A stretch of DNA of 64,000 bases from Armatimonadota bacterium (lineage in GTDB: Bacteria > Armatimonadota > Zipacnadia > Zipacnadales > JABUFB01). A program made the position numbers and the translations under genes. Below, one piece after another: positions 56,657 to 64,000 of the stretch. A model generated the notes under the pieces. It ran no database searches and was not told the DNA's origin. It saw only the letters and a program-made list of their open reading frames with translations. Location of the stretch: assembly GCA_013314775.1 (NCBI GenBank), contig JABUFB010000011.1, forward strand, positions 9,144-73,143, written 5' to 3'. The stretch's first letter is position 1. Every line of letters starts with the position of its first letter.

Positions 56657-57388
56657 CTATTGAAGGCCTTTGGTCCATCCGGGAGCAGGCAGAAGCACCC
56701 GGATGCCGGGACCGCCATCGTTCAGGTCGCCGATCATTCCTCCATGCTCTCCCGCCACACGCGCAGCTGTCACCAGGGCGATCCTGTGCCAGGGTACGCA
56801 GGCAACTTCGGACGTCTCCGCATTCGCAGAGGACTGCTGCACCTTCACTGTCATCCCGACCATGCCCTCAGGCAGCGTTTCATGCCCCTGTGGGAGAACC
56901 GACACAAGAAGCGCATCGCCCGCGGAAGACTGGTTGAACATAGCCTGCAAGCAACAGCGCACCAACTGGCGCAACGCCGACGGCACACCCCAGGCCAGCA
57001 CTGGGCGCACCGCGTTCCTGAGCCTGGCGTCCAGTTTCACGCCCCGACTCTCCGCGAGACGAGCGATCTCATGGATCGATCGCTCGGCGAGCTCCGTAAG
57101 GTCCACCTCGCGGTGCTCCGACCGGATCCACAGGGCGGCGTCGGCGAGGGTGATGAGATCGTCCAGCGCCCAGGCGATGAACTGTGCCTGATCCACGATG
57201 ATCCCACAGTATCGGCACTTCATGTCCTGACTGTGACTGGTGCCAAGGGTCTCCGCGCACATCTGGATGGCTGTCAGAGGCGAGCGGATCTCGTGGGCCA
57301 GTGCGTGAGCGAAGCGACTGTCGATCACGGGAAAGTCGGCCGGAGCCTCACCTGGCACGGGGTGGGACGCTTCGGCGGCTGCTGACAT
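56657..57388 (-). CDS. Soluble histidine kinase core (HisKA + HATPase_c) without a recognisable sensor or TM domain
   Basis: The H-box is 'FAHALAHEIRSPLTAIQ'. The C-terminal 'EHGGMIGDLNDGGPGIRVLLP' is a G-box-like element. The protein is 243 aa with no hydrophobic segments. Confidence 0.7.
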   Translation of the reverse strand: MSAAAEASHPVPGEAPADFPVIDSRFAHALAHEIRSPLTAIQMCAETLGTSHSQDMKCRYCGIIVDQAQFIAWALDDLITLADAALWIRSEHREVDLTELAERSIHEIARLAESRGVKLDARLRNAVRPVLAWGVPSALRQLVRCCLQAMFNQSSAGDALLVSVLPQGHETLPEGMVGMTVKVQQSSANAETSEVACVPWHRIALVTAARVAGEHGGMIGDLNDGGPGIRVLLPAPGWTKGLQ

Positions 57389-57585
57389 GGGATGGAGCCT
57401 TTCTGTGCGAGCCGGACCGGAGCCGATCCGGGGTGATATGTGGGTACCGGCATCAGGTTCGGTATCGGTGCAAGGGGGAGACCGCTTGACTGCGTAACAG
57501 GTAAAAAACGCGCTCAGATGGGCAAATGTGACAGACCGCGCCGGCCCGAGGAGGAGCCGACGCGGTCCATGACAGGGGCCGTGGT

Positions 57586-59904
57586 TCAGAACCCCGGCAG
57601 TCCGGCGATGATGCGTGGGATGTCCGCCAGCGTCGGCTTTTCGAAGGCGTGCCGGTTCCAGGACACCAGCCGGTCGGCGCTTCTAAGCTGAACGGTAAGC
57701 ACTGCGCCGTCCGAAGCTCTCTGGCCCGCGAGCTCGCTCACATCGCAGATGACTTGCGCGGAGTTGGCAGGCGCGGAACAGCGGCCTTCGATCGACTGCG
57801 CCACGATGCCCGGCGTCTCTTCCAGGGACACCGAGTAGGTCAACTCGAGTTCCTGCGCAGTGTCGTTGGCCACATGCAGTAGCAGTTCGCCGCCATCGCC
57901 GTGCATGAAGGACGCATGCACGGGTTCGCAGGCCCACCGCACATAGTTGCAGGCCAACTTTGGGCGCAGGTAGTAGTCGATCACCGCGTCGGATATCTGC
58001 GGCCAGCAGTCGGCCACGTTCCACAGCAGTATCCCGCCACAGTCCCAGTTCGCCTTGCGCTGACGGCAATGCTCGGTCCAAAGTTTGTACGCTTCGCCCT
58101 GGCAGATCTGAGAGGCGAGAATGTAGGTCTCCAGGTCCGAAGGCATCTCACCGAAATAGGCGATCACCGAGTCATCCAGCGCCTTGCGCCGAGGCGGGCG
58201 GAAATCCAGGTCCTCGTGGACGCCGATGTGGTGGTCCCACACCGCGTTGTCATTGGGCCACAGGTTCGTGGGGCTGGCGAACACCATCATCGTCTCCAGT
58301 GCAGGGCAGGACAGGTGCCCGATCTCACTGATGAACCTCGACTTGTCCTGCGTGTAGACCGGGTCCTCAAAGGGCGTTCCGTGGTGCCAGCAGTGGGTGT
58401 CGCCCTGGTTCTGGTCCTGCGGGTTCACGGTCGGGTCCGGGCTGTAGGGGCTGGAGGGCACGTAATCACGAGTGCCGTCGAACCGCTCGATTGCGTCTGG
58501 CAGAACCTGTCGGACGATGGTGTTCTTGCGCACATCGATATTCTCGCCGAACCATCCCCAGTAGGCGCAGTCGTTTTCATTGTCTCCGGACCATAGCGCC
58601 AGGCAGGCGTAATTGCGCAGGCCACGGATGACCGCCTCGGCCTCCTCGGCCATGATTGCCAGGAAGTCAGGGTGGGTCGGGTAGATGGCACACGACATCA
58701 TGAAGTCCTGGTAGACCATGATGCCCAGCTCGTCAAGCTGCTGGAACCAGGCGTGGGGTTCGTAAACGCCGCCGCCCCAGACTCGCAACATGTTGAGGTT
58801 CATGCGTCGCACCATGTCCAGCAGCTCCCGGTGCTTCGCACCCTCGGCGCGAGCGTGGTAGCAATCCGCAGGTGTCCAGTTCATACCCCGTGCGAAGACC
58901 TTCACCCCATTGAGCTCGAACACATACGACACCCGCCCCGGGCCCTCCTCTTCTTCCACCAGGCGCACCGTCCGCAGGCCCTGCTTGCGGTGGCGACGGT
59001 CCAGTAGCTTGTCTCCGTCGAAGAGACTGACAGTGAGGTCGTACAGGTCAGGATTGCCGATGTCCCACGTCCACCAGAGCCGAGCGTTCTCCACATCGAA
59101 GCTTGCCGCGCACTCGTCTCCGTCAAGCGGCGCTTCCCAGCGGAACTCACTATCGCCGCAGACCCCGGACACCTCGACGCGCAGGCCCTCTGCGCTCCCT
59201 GAAATGATCTCCACCGACACGTCATGCCGCACCGACGCCCGGGTCCCGTTTTCAGCAAGGGGATTGGCAGGGCTAGGGGTGATGGCGGTCACGCGCAGGA
59301 AATCGTCGCTTATGCGAGCGCGCTCAAACGCTTCCAGCCGCAGGGAGCGCCAGATGCCGGCAGTCACGATGCGCGGGGCGATGTCCCAACCGTAGCACTG
59401 GTCGATCTTCCGGGCCCACAGGCGCTCGGGGGTGTTCATCGTCGCGTGGGCACCGTCCAGCGGGAGGCCTTTCACGGACTCGATCGGCGAAGCCAGCCGG
59501 ACTACCAGCTCATTGCGCTTTCCGGGCTGCAATGCGCCGGTAACGTCAAAGCGGCACGGGGTGAACATGTTCGAATGCCGCCCTACCTCTTTCCCATTCA
59601 GCCAGACGGTGGCGAATGTATCGAGGCCCTCGCAGACCAGTTCCACGTGCTCGCCGACGAAATCCGGGGGCACCCGGAACTCCCGCCGATACCACCATTC
59701 ATGCCCTTCGAGTTCATACAGTTTCTTCGTGTTGAACTCGAAGAAGGGGTCCTCAATGTGACCGGCGACCAGCAGATCATAGTGAGCACAACCGGGCACG
59801 GTTGCCTTGATCCATGAGATGCCCTGAACCTCATCCGGGCGACCCTGCCCATTCTTGCAGTGCCATAGTTGCCATTCGCCGTCGAGACTGAAAGTGCGAG
59901 ACAT
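57586..59904 (-). CDS. Glycoside hydrolase family 2 (beta-mannosidase / exo-glucosaminidase-like)
   Basis: ATG 59904 was verified after GGAGGA. The translation 'FSLDGEWQL...VELVCEGLDTFATVWLNGKEVG...MNLNMLRVWGGGVYE...LALWSGDNEN...FISEIGHLS' shows the GH2 domain order and the acid/base and nucleophile regions. Confidence 0.8.
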   Translation of the reverse strand: MSRTFSLDGEWQLWHCKNGQGRPDEVQGISWIKATVPGCAHYDLLVAGHIEDPFFEFNTKKLYELEGHEWWYRREFRVPPDFVGEHVELVCEGLDTFATVWLNGKEVGRHSNMFTPCRFDVTGALQPGKRNELVVRLASPIESVKGLPLDGAHATMNTPERLWARKIDQCYGWDIAPRIVTAGIWRSLRLEAFERARISDDFLRVTAITPSPANPLAENGTRASVRHDVSVEIISGSAEGLRVEVSGVCGDSEFRWEAPLDGDECAASFDVENARLWWTWDIGNPDLYDLTVSLFDGDKLLDRRHRKQGLRTVRLVEEEEGPGRVSYVFELNGVKVFARGMNWTPADCYHARAEGAKHRELLDMVRRMNLNMLRVWGGGVYEPHAWFQQLDELGIMVYQDFMMSCAIYPTHPDFLAIMAEEAEAVIRGLRNYACLALWSGDNENDCAYWGWFGENIDVRKNTIVRQVLPDAIERFDGTRDYVPSSPYSPDPTVNPQDQNQGDTHCWHHGTPFEDPVYTQDKSRFISEIGHLSCPALETMMVFASPTNLWPNDNAVWDHHIGVHEDLDFRPPRRKALDDSVIAYFGEMPSDLETYILASQICQGEAYKLWTEHCRQRKANWDCGGILLWNVADCWPQISDAVIDYYLRPKLACNYVRWACEPVHASFMHGDGGELLLHVANDTAQELELTYSVSLEETPGIVAQSIEGRCSAPANSAQVICDVSELAGQRASDGAVLTVQLRSADRLVSWNRHAFEKPTLADIPRIIAGLPGF

Positions 59905-60047
59905 AGAAATCCTCCGAGAACGGGTCTCTGCTTCCAAGAGGGTGTTGCCAAGAGTGCCACCGCTTCCGCAAAGCAGTGCTTATGCGGCAGTCCGGGGTCG
60001 GTGCACCTTGCCGCGAAACGCCGAGGTGAGGCCGGCGTTCCTTTCCC

Positions 60048-61064
60048 CTACCCCCACCACTTCGGCCGGCGGCGGAAGGGCTGTTTGAACTGATTCTTCA
60101 ACGCCTTGCGCTCCTCGAGGGACACCATGCACGCCCGGATGCACCCGCGCCCACCGCACATCGCCGGGAAGTAACCCGATGGCCTGGGATAGTACTGACC
60201 CATGCGCCGCTGCAGTTCCAGCGCTTCCTCGGGCGACAGCGCCTTTTCCCCGCGGCGTATGGCGTCTCCGTCGGGCATGTCCGTCAGGGCATCCGGGGGA
60301 AGGAAGGGGTTCACATCCTCCACCGGGCTCACGTAATAGCCGAAGCAGCTCCAGGCGTCAATGTCGCTCCATTCCAGTTCCCGTCCGGCGACTGTGACCT
60401 TCACCGTCTTGTCCGCTTTGATCGCGTGGCCCGGGCACTCGCGGACGCAGGCCATACATCTGTTGCAGAGCGCAGGCCCGTCGTAGATCGGGTCGGGCTC
60501 CAGTGCGGCGTCGGTGAGCATGAACGCGAACCGCTGCCTGGGGCCAAACTCGGGGGTCAAGAACACTTTGCTGAACCCGATCTCCCCCATGCCGCAGATG
60601 AAGGCCGCCAGGCGGAAATGCAGGTAGATATCGGGCGCCGGTTGCCCTTCACGCACCGGGCGCGAGTACTTGACCCTGCGGCCGTAATCGGCGGGTTCAT
60701 CGGGATCATTGGTGACATCCGAGATGGTGTTGATGCTGCCGTAGTTGCGGATGTTGCTGGCCTCGTATCCGTGGTCTTCGATAAAAGCGGCCAACTGCCG
60801 CAGGACGATGGGTGCGTAGACCTCGTTGATGTTCGCATAATTCATCGCCGGGTACTGGTAGAAATGAGTGCCCTCTTCGATACCCCGCAGATCGCCCCGA
60901 AAGATGCGGAAACCCAGGCCGATGATGGTCTTGGCTTCCGGGTTGATGAACCGCGGATCATTCTCAGGCGGCGCTCCTTCGAAGCGGTTGATGTCGCCGA
61001 TTCCCACGAGGTCCGCACCACAGCTTTTCGCGAATCGCTTCACACTCTCGGCGGTCAGCTCCAT
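60048..61064 (-). CDS. 4Fe-4S cluster protein of the reductive-dehalogenase / epoxyqueuosine-reductase-like fold
   Basis: ATG 61064 was verified after AGGAGA. The N-terminal 'AKSCGADLVGIGDINRF' is QueG/RdhA-like. 'CNRCMACVRECPGHAI' is a CxxCxxCxxxCP ferredoxin motif, and a second Cys cluster reads 'MCGGRGCIRAC'. Confidence 0.55.
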   Translation of the reverse strand: MELTAESVKRFAKSCGADLVGIGDINRFEGAPPENDPRFINPEAKTIIGLGFRIFRGDLRGIEEGTHFYQYPAMNYANINEVYAPIVLRQLAAFIEDHGYEASNIRNYGSINTISDVTNDPDEPADYGRRVKYSRPVREGQPAPDIYLHFRLAAFICGMGEIGFSKVFLTPEFGPRQRFAFMLTDAALEPDPIYDGPALCNRCMACVRECPGHAIKADKTVKVTVAGRELEWSDIDAWSCFGYYVSPVEDVNPFLPPDALTDMPDGDAIRRGEKALSPEEALELQRRMGQYYPRPSGYFPAMCGGRGCIRACMVSLEERKALKNQFKQPFRRRPKWWG

Positions 61065-61282
61065 GTCTGTCTCCTGAACCGGCAGGCGGACGACAAAGAT
61101 CAAAGGCCCGTGAGATAGAACGCGCAGGCCAAGTTCTCCAAACTCGCGCGGATTCCCTTCAGCAGGGCAAGGAGGTCCGCTGCCGATGCTGAATATGTTC
61201 TCCGCGGTTAGCCGGAAGAACGCGCTCACGCCCCTTTGGGGGCGTGCTGTCCGGGGGCGTATCTCCACAGGGGGTGCATGAG

Positions 61283-63703
61283 ATGGGTTGCAAGGAGCAC
61301 TGCCGCGGGCACCGCGTCCACCTGCTGTTTGTCTTCACCGGTCTGCTGGTCGCACTGGCCGCCAGTTGCGCCGCCCAGGCCCTCCCTCATTCCACGGTCA
61401 TTTTGAAACAGACGGTGATCGTCGACCCGTCAGGCTCGGCGGATGCGACCCTCACTATCACCTTCAATCCGAAAGACGCCTATCACGATTTGCGCAAGCA
61501 GTACCCCAACTTGTACGTACTCTTCCGTGACCTGAACAGCGAGCGCGCGGATTTCGAGGCGGAGCCCAACACCCTGAAAATCGAGGCGGACGATGTCGCG
61601 CGCGCCATCAAAATCACGGCGCGGATCATCGGCTTCGCAGCGTGCGTACGGAACCGGTGGACCTTCTCGTTGCTCGACGGTGAGGAAGTGGTCATGCAGG
61701 ATGGCGGTAAAGTTTTCACGGCCATCGTCATGACCCCGCTGCCCATGGCCACGGTGGTCGCGGTGAGCAGTTATACCCTGCCCCCGGATGCTTCAGATGT
61801 CCAGGCCGAGCCGGGGAAACTGAGCTACCGCCTGCCCCACACCCGCATCACCTCGGGCAAACCCGCGGTCGATGTGAAGGTGAAAGCCAAAGAGCGGATC
61901 ATGTCCGCTCTCTATAAACTCTACGGCAACCCGAAGCTGGGGAATGGGGCTTACTGGGTGGCGAAGACCATTGTCCGCAATACCGGGCAAGAGCCAATCT
62001 ACGACCTGCGGATCACCTACCGGCTGGGCGAGTACTCAGATGTGCATGTGCCCGAACAGTACTCCATGGTCAGCCCTGGCGGCGCGGTGGTGGACGTCTA
62101 CTACCCGATGATCCTGTCGAAGGTCACACAGATCAAGACCGAGACCCCGGCTCAGCTACTCGTGAAGGTGGAATACACGGACCCGGACGGCCAGAAACAT
62201 GAGCAGGAGTTGGCCGAACGCATCGGCATCCTGGGCATCAACCAGTTTCTCACCTCGAACCTGCGCACTGAAGAGCGCGTGGGCGGCTGGATGGATGCCT
62301 ATAACAACTCGCCGCTGCTGGCCGCGTACGTGACCCGGGTGGACGAAGCGGTGAAGCAGTTCGCGGGGTACGTCAGCGACCTGGCAGGCGGTGTGGCCGC
62401 CGCTGCCAGTGACCAGGAAGCCATGAAGTGGCTGGAAGCCGCCTATAACATGCAGTTGTACAACGACATTGTCTACCAGACGCCCTCGGGTTTCTGGACT
62501 GAAGCCCACGGCCTCGTGCAGGAGGTCAAGTACCCGCGTGACGTGTTCCGCGATAAGGCCGGCACCTGCGTGGATCTTGCAATCACCTTCGCAGCCCTCG
62601 CGGAAACCGTGGGTATCAAGACCGCGCTTATGGTCATCCCCGGCCACGCCTTCTGCGTCGTTGAATTGCCTTCGGGGATGCTGCTACCCGTGGAGAACAC
62701 GGGCCTCGGGGGCGGCGCAACGCGCATGACCTTCGCCCAGGCGTGCAACGTGGGGTGGGCCAACTTCCAGGATGCCCTGCAGAACAAGCCCTTCTACCTG
62801 GTAGATGTACGCGCCCAGCTTGAAGCAGGCTTGCCCAACCCCGAACTACCGCCCGTCTCTGCGGACTTCTTGCAGGAATGTGGCATCCGGCGCTTGACAC
62901 CGATGACCGGTCCGATGGGGGTTCCTGGCCCGGGGCCGGCATACTTGGGGCCGCCGATCCCCGCCGGACCTGCTGTCGCCGACCGCTGGGATACGTGGAC
63001 AGACCCGGAGCAGGCCGCGTTCACCGTGCAGGTCCCCACAGGATGGCGGACCACCGGCGGGATGTTCAGGGTGACCGATCGAGAGCATCGCATGCGCATC
63101 AACTGCACCGCCCCGGACGGCAGCGTGTTCGTAGTTGCGGGCGACGACCGGCTCCCGGTCTATGTACCGATCACACCGCAGATGGCGAATGGGGGCATAA
63201 CGGAAGGCAACCTGGTGGACCTGGGCGACGGCACACAGGGAGAGGCCCGGAGCTTCATGACCGGCCAAGAGTTTGCAGTCTGGTACGCACAGGCGAGGCT
63301 CGGCGAGCAGTGTGGAGATTTCCAGTGGATCAACCCGCGCGACCTGCCCGAGGCAGCCCAGATACTCAACCAGGCCATGCCCCCAGGCACGCAGGTGCTC
63401 CGCTCGGTAGGCGATACCGCCTTCACCTGTCGCATCGCAGGGCTCAATGCCCGGGGCTACTGCCTGTGCATGACCGAGCTGACCCAGGGCCCGCAGCCCC
63501 GCTGGCGGGCGGCACAGGTGTTCGGGTTCATCGCAGTCGACGGCAGCGAGGAGATAGGCAAGAAGGTGCTGGACCGCATCGTGACCACGGTCCAACTGCG
63601 CGAGCAATGGGGCGGGGCCAATACCGGAGCAATGCAGCAGATGCTCACGGACATCGGGCAGATGGTGACGCGCAGTATGATTGGGCTGAAATGGACGGGG
63701 TAG
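61283..63703 (+). CDS. Large secreted protein with a transglutaminase-like cysteine protease core
   Basis: The signal peptide is 'HLLFVFTGLLVALAASCAAQA'. The region 'DKAGTCVDLAITFAALAETVGIKTALMVIPGHAFCVVEL...VENTG' matches the Cys-His-Asp/Glu arrangement of the transglutaminase-like superfamily. Confidence 0.55.
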   Translation: MGCKEHCRGHRVHLLFVFTGLLVALAASCAAQALPHSTVILKQTVIVDPSGSADATLTITFNPKDAYHDLRKQYPNLYVLFRDLNSERADFEAEPNTLKIEADDVARAIKITARIIGFAACVRNRWTFSLLDGEEVVMQDGGKVFTAIVMTPLPMATVVAVSSYTLPPDASDVQAEPGKLSYRLPHTRITSGKPAVDVKVKAKERIMSALYKLYGNPKLGNGAYWVAKTIVRNTGQEPIYDLRITYRLGEYSDVHVPEQYSMVSPGGAVVDVYYPMILSKVTQIKTETPAQLLVKVEYTDPDGQKHEQELAERIGILGINQFLTSNLRTEERVGGWMDAYNNSPLLAAYVTRVDEAVKQFAGYVSDLAGGVAAAASDQEAMKWLEAAYNMQLYNDIVYQTPSGFWTEAHGLVQEVKYPRDVFRDKAGTCVDLAITFAALAETVGIKTALMVIPGHAFCVVELPSGMLLPVENTGLGGGATRMTFAQACNVGWANFQDALQNKPFYLVDVRAQLEAGLPNPELPPVSADFLQECGIRRLTPMTGPMGVPGPGPAYLGPPIPAGPAVADRWDTWTDPEQAAFTVQVPTGWRTTGGMFRVTDREHRMRINCTAPDGSVFVVAGDDRLPVYVPITPQMANGGITEGNLVDLGDGTQGEARSFMTGQEFAVWYAQARLGEQCGDFQWINPRDLPEAAQILNQAMPPGTQVLRSVGDTAFTCRIAGLNARGYCLCMTELTQGPQPRWRAAQVFGFIAVDGSEEIGKKVLDRIVTTVQLREQWGGANTGAMQQMLTDIGQMVTRSMIGLKWTG

Positions 63704-63865
63704 CAGTCGTTGGCCGCATTGGGGGACCGGCATCCAACTCCCGGCCTCACCGGGGGGGGGCTGTACCCAATGCTTTGTCTGCGCAGTCCCGCGCCGAACG
63801 AGACGGTCGGCCCACGCGAAGCTTGATGCCGGCCCCCCGGTGCGGCTAACTCCCCGGCGCCCCGC

Positions 63866-64000
63866 TTACAGCGTCAGCGTCACCTTGTGCAGGCCCCGGG
63901 GAGTGTCCGGGTCCAGCCCCTTCTCCAGCGCGATGCTGTAAGCCAGCAATTGCCCGATCACTCCGGCCACCATGGGCGTGCACTCTTCGGGCATCTCCGG
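63866..64000 (-). CDS. C-terminal end of a SIS-domain sugar aminotransferase/isomerase (GlmS-like); 5' end lies outside the window
   Basis: The minus-strand translation '...PEECTPMVAGVIGQLLAYSIALEKGLDPDTPRGLHKVTLTL*' resembles the GlmS/SIS C-terminus ('PLQLLAY...G.DVD.PRNLAKSVTVE'). The stop is TAA at 63866-63868. Confidence 0.5.
   Translation of the reverse strand, partial: PEMPEECTPMVAGVIGQLLAYSIALEKGLDPDTPRGLHKVTLTL

Noticed and set aside
63752-63760. A G9 homopolymer, considered as a second phase-variation tract. A C7/G7 run also occurs at 18116-18122.
   Set aside because: The G9 tract lies between two convergent gene ends (63703 and 63866), with no promoter or coding context. The 18116-18122 run is simply the G-rich RBS region of the response-regulator gene.

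Overview
Visibly GC-rich, densely coding bacterial chromosomal fragment. I call about 46 protein genes and see no rRNA, tRNA or CRISPR array by eye. Strong Shine-Dalgarno sites, many secreted glycosidases and an H-X9-DG pseudopilin suggest an Armatimonadota- or PVC-like organism, with low confidence.

Content falls into four blocks:
1. Positions 1-36 kb hold a large glycan-degradation and sugar-oxidation locus. It contains GH140-like, GH127-like, clan GH-A, DUF4838 and BNR-propeller proteins, a PHP/DUF3604 metallohydrolase and a run of five oxidoreductases. CstA, a large MscS-family channel, a CheY-like regulator and a peroxiredoxin are interspersed.
2. Positions 37-42 kb hold one minus-strand operon: ModA, ModB, a ThiF-like E1, a MoaD-like Ubl, a second ThiF-like E1 and two half-size ChrA proteins.
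3. Positions 42-49 kb hold a beta-helix protein whose 3' end is interrupted by an ISKra4-like insertion sequence, followed by a secreted-protein/pseudopilin trio.
4. Positions 49-64 kb hold a housekeeping block (eno, ppdK, an S4 protein, mazG, a parvulin, fliA and a sensor-less histidine kinase), then a GH2, an Fe-S protein and a transglutaminase-like protein.

Most notable findings:
- The peroxiredoxin is split by an in-frame TGA exactly at the peroxidatic-Cys codon, with a hairpin immediately downstream. This indicates a selenocysteine peroxiredoxin that ORF callers break in two.
- The oxyanion-transport / Ubl / double-E1 operon has no ABC ATPase. Its Ubl ends in Gly-Ala instead of Gly-Gly, and one E1 paralog has a divergent nucleotide-binding motif.
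- A G13 homopolymer lies in the leader downstream of a near-consensus promoter.

All functional calls rest on motif recognition by eye. No database search was run.
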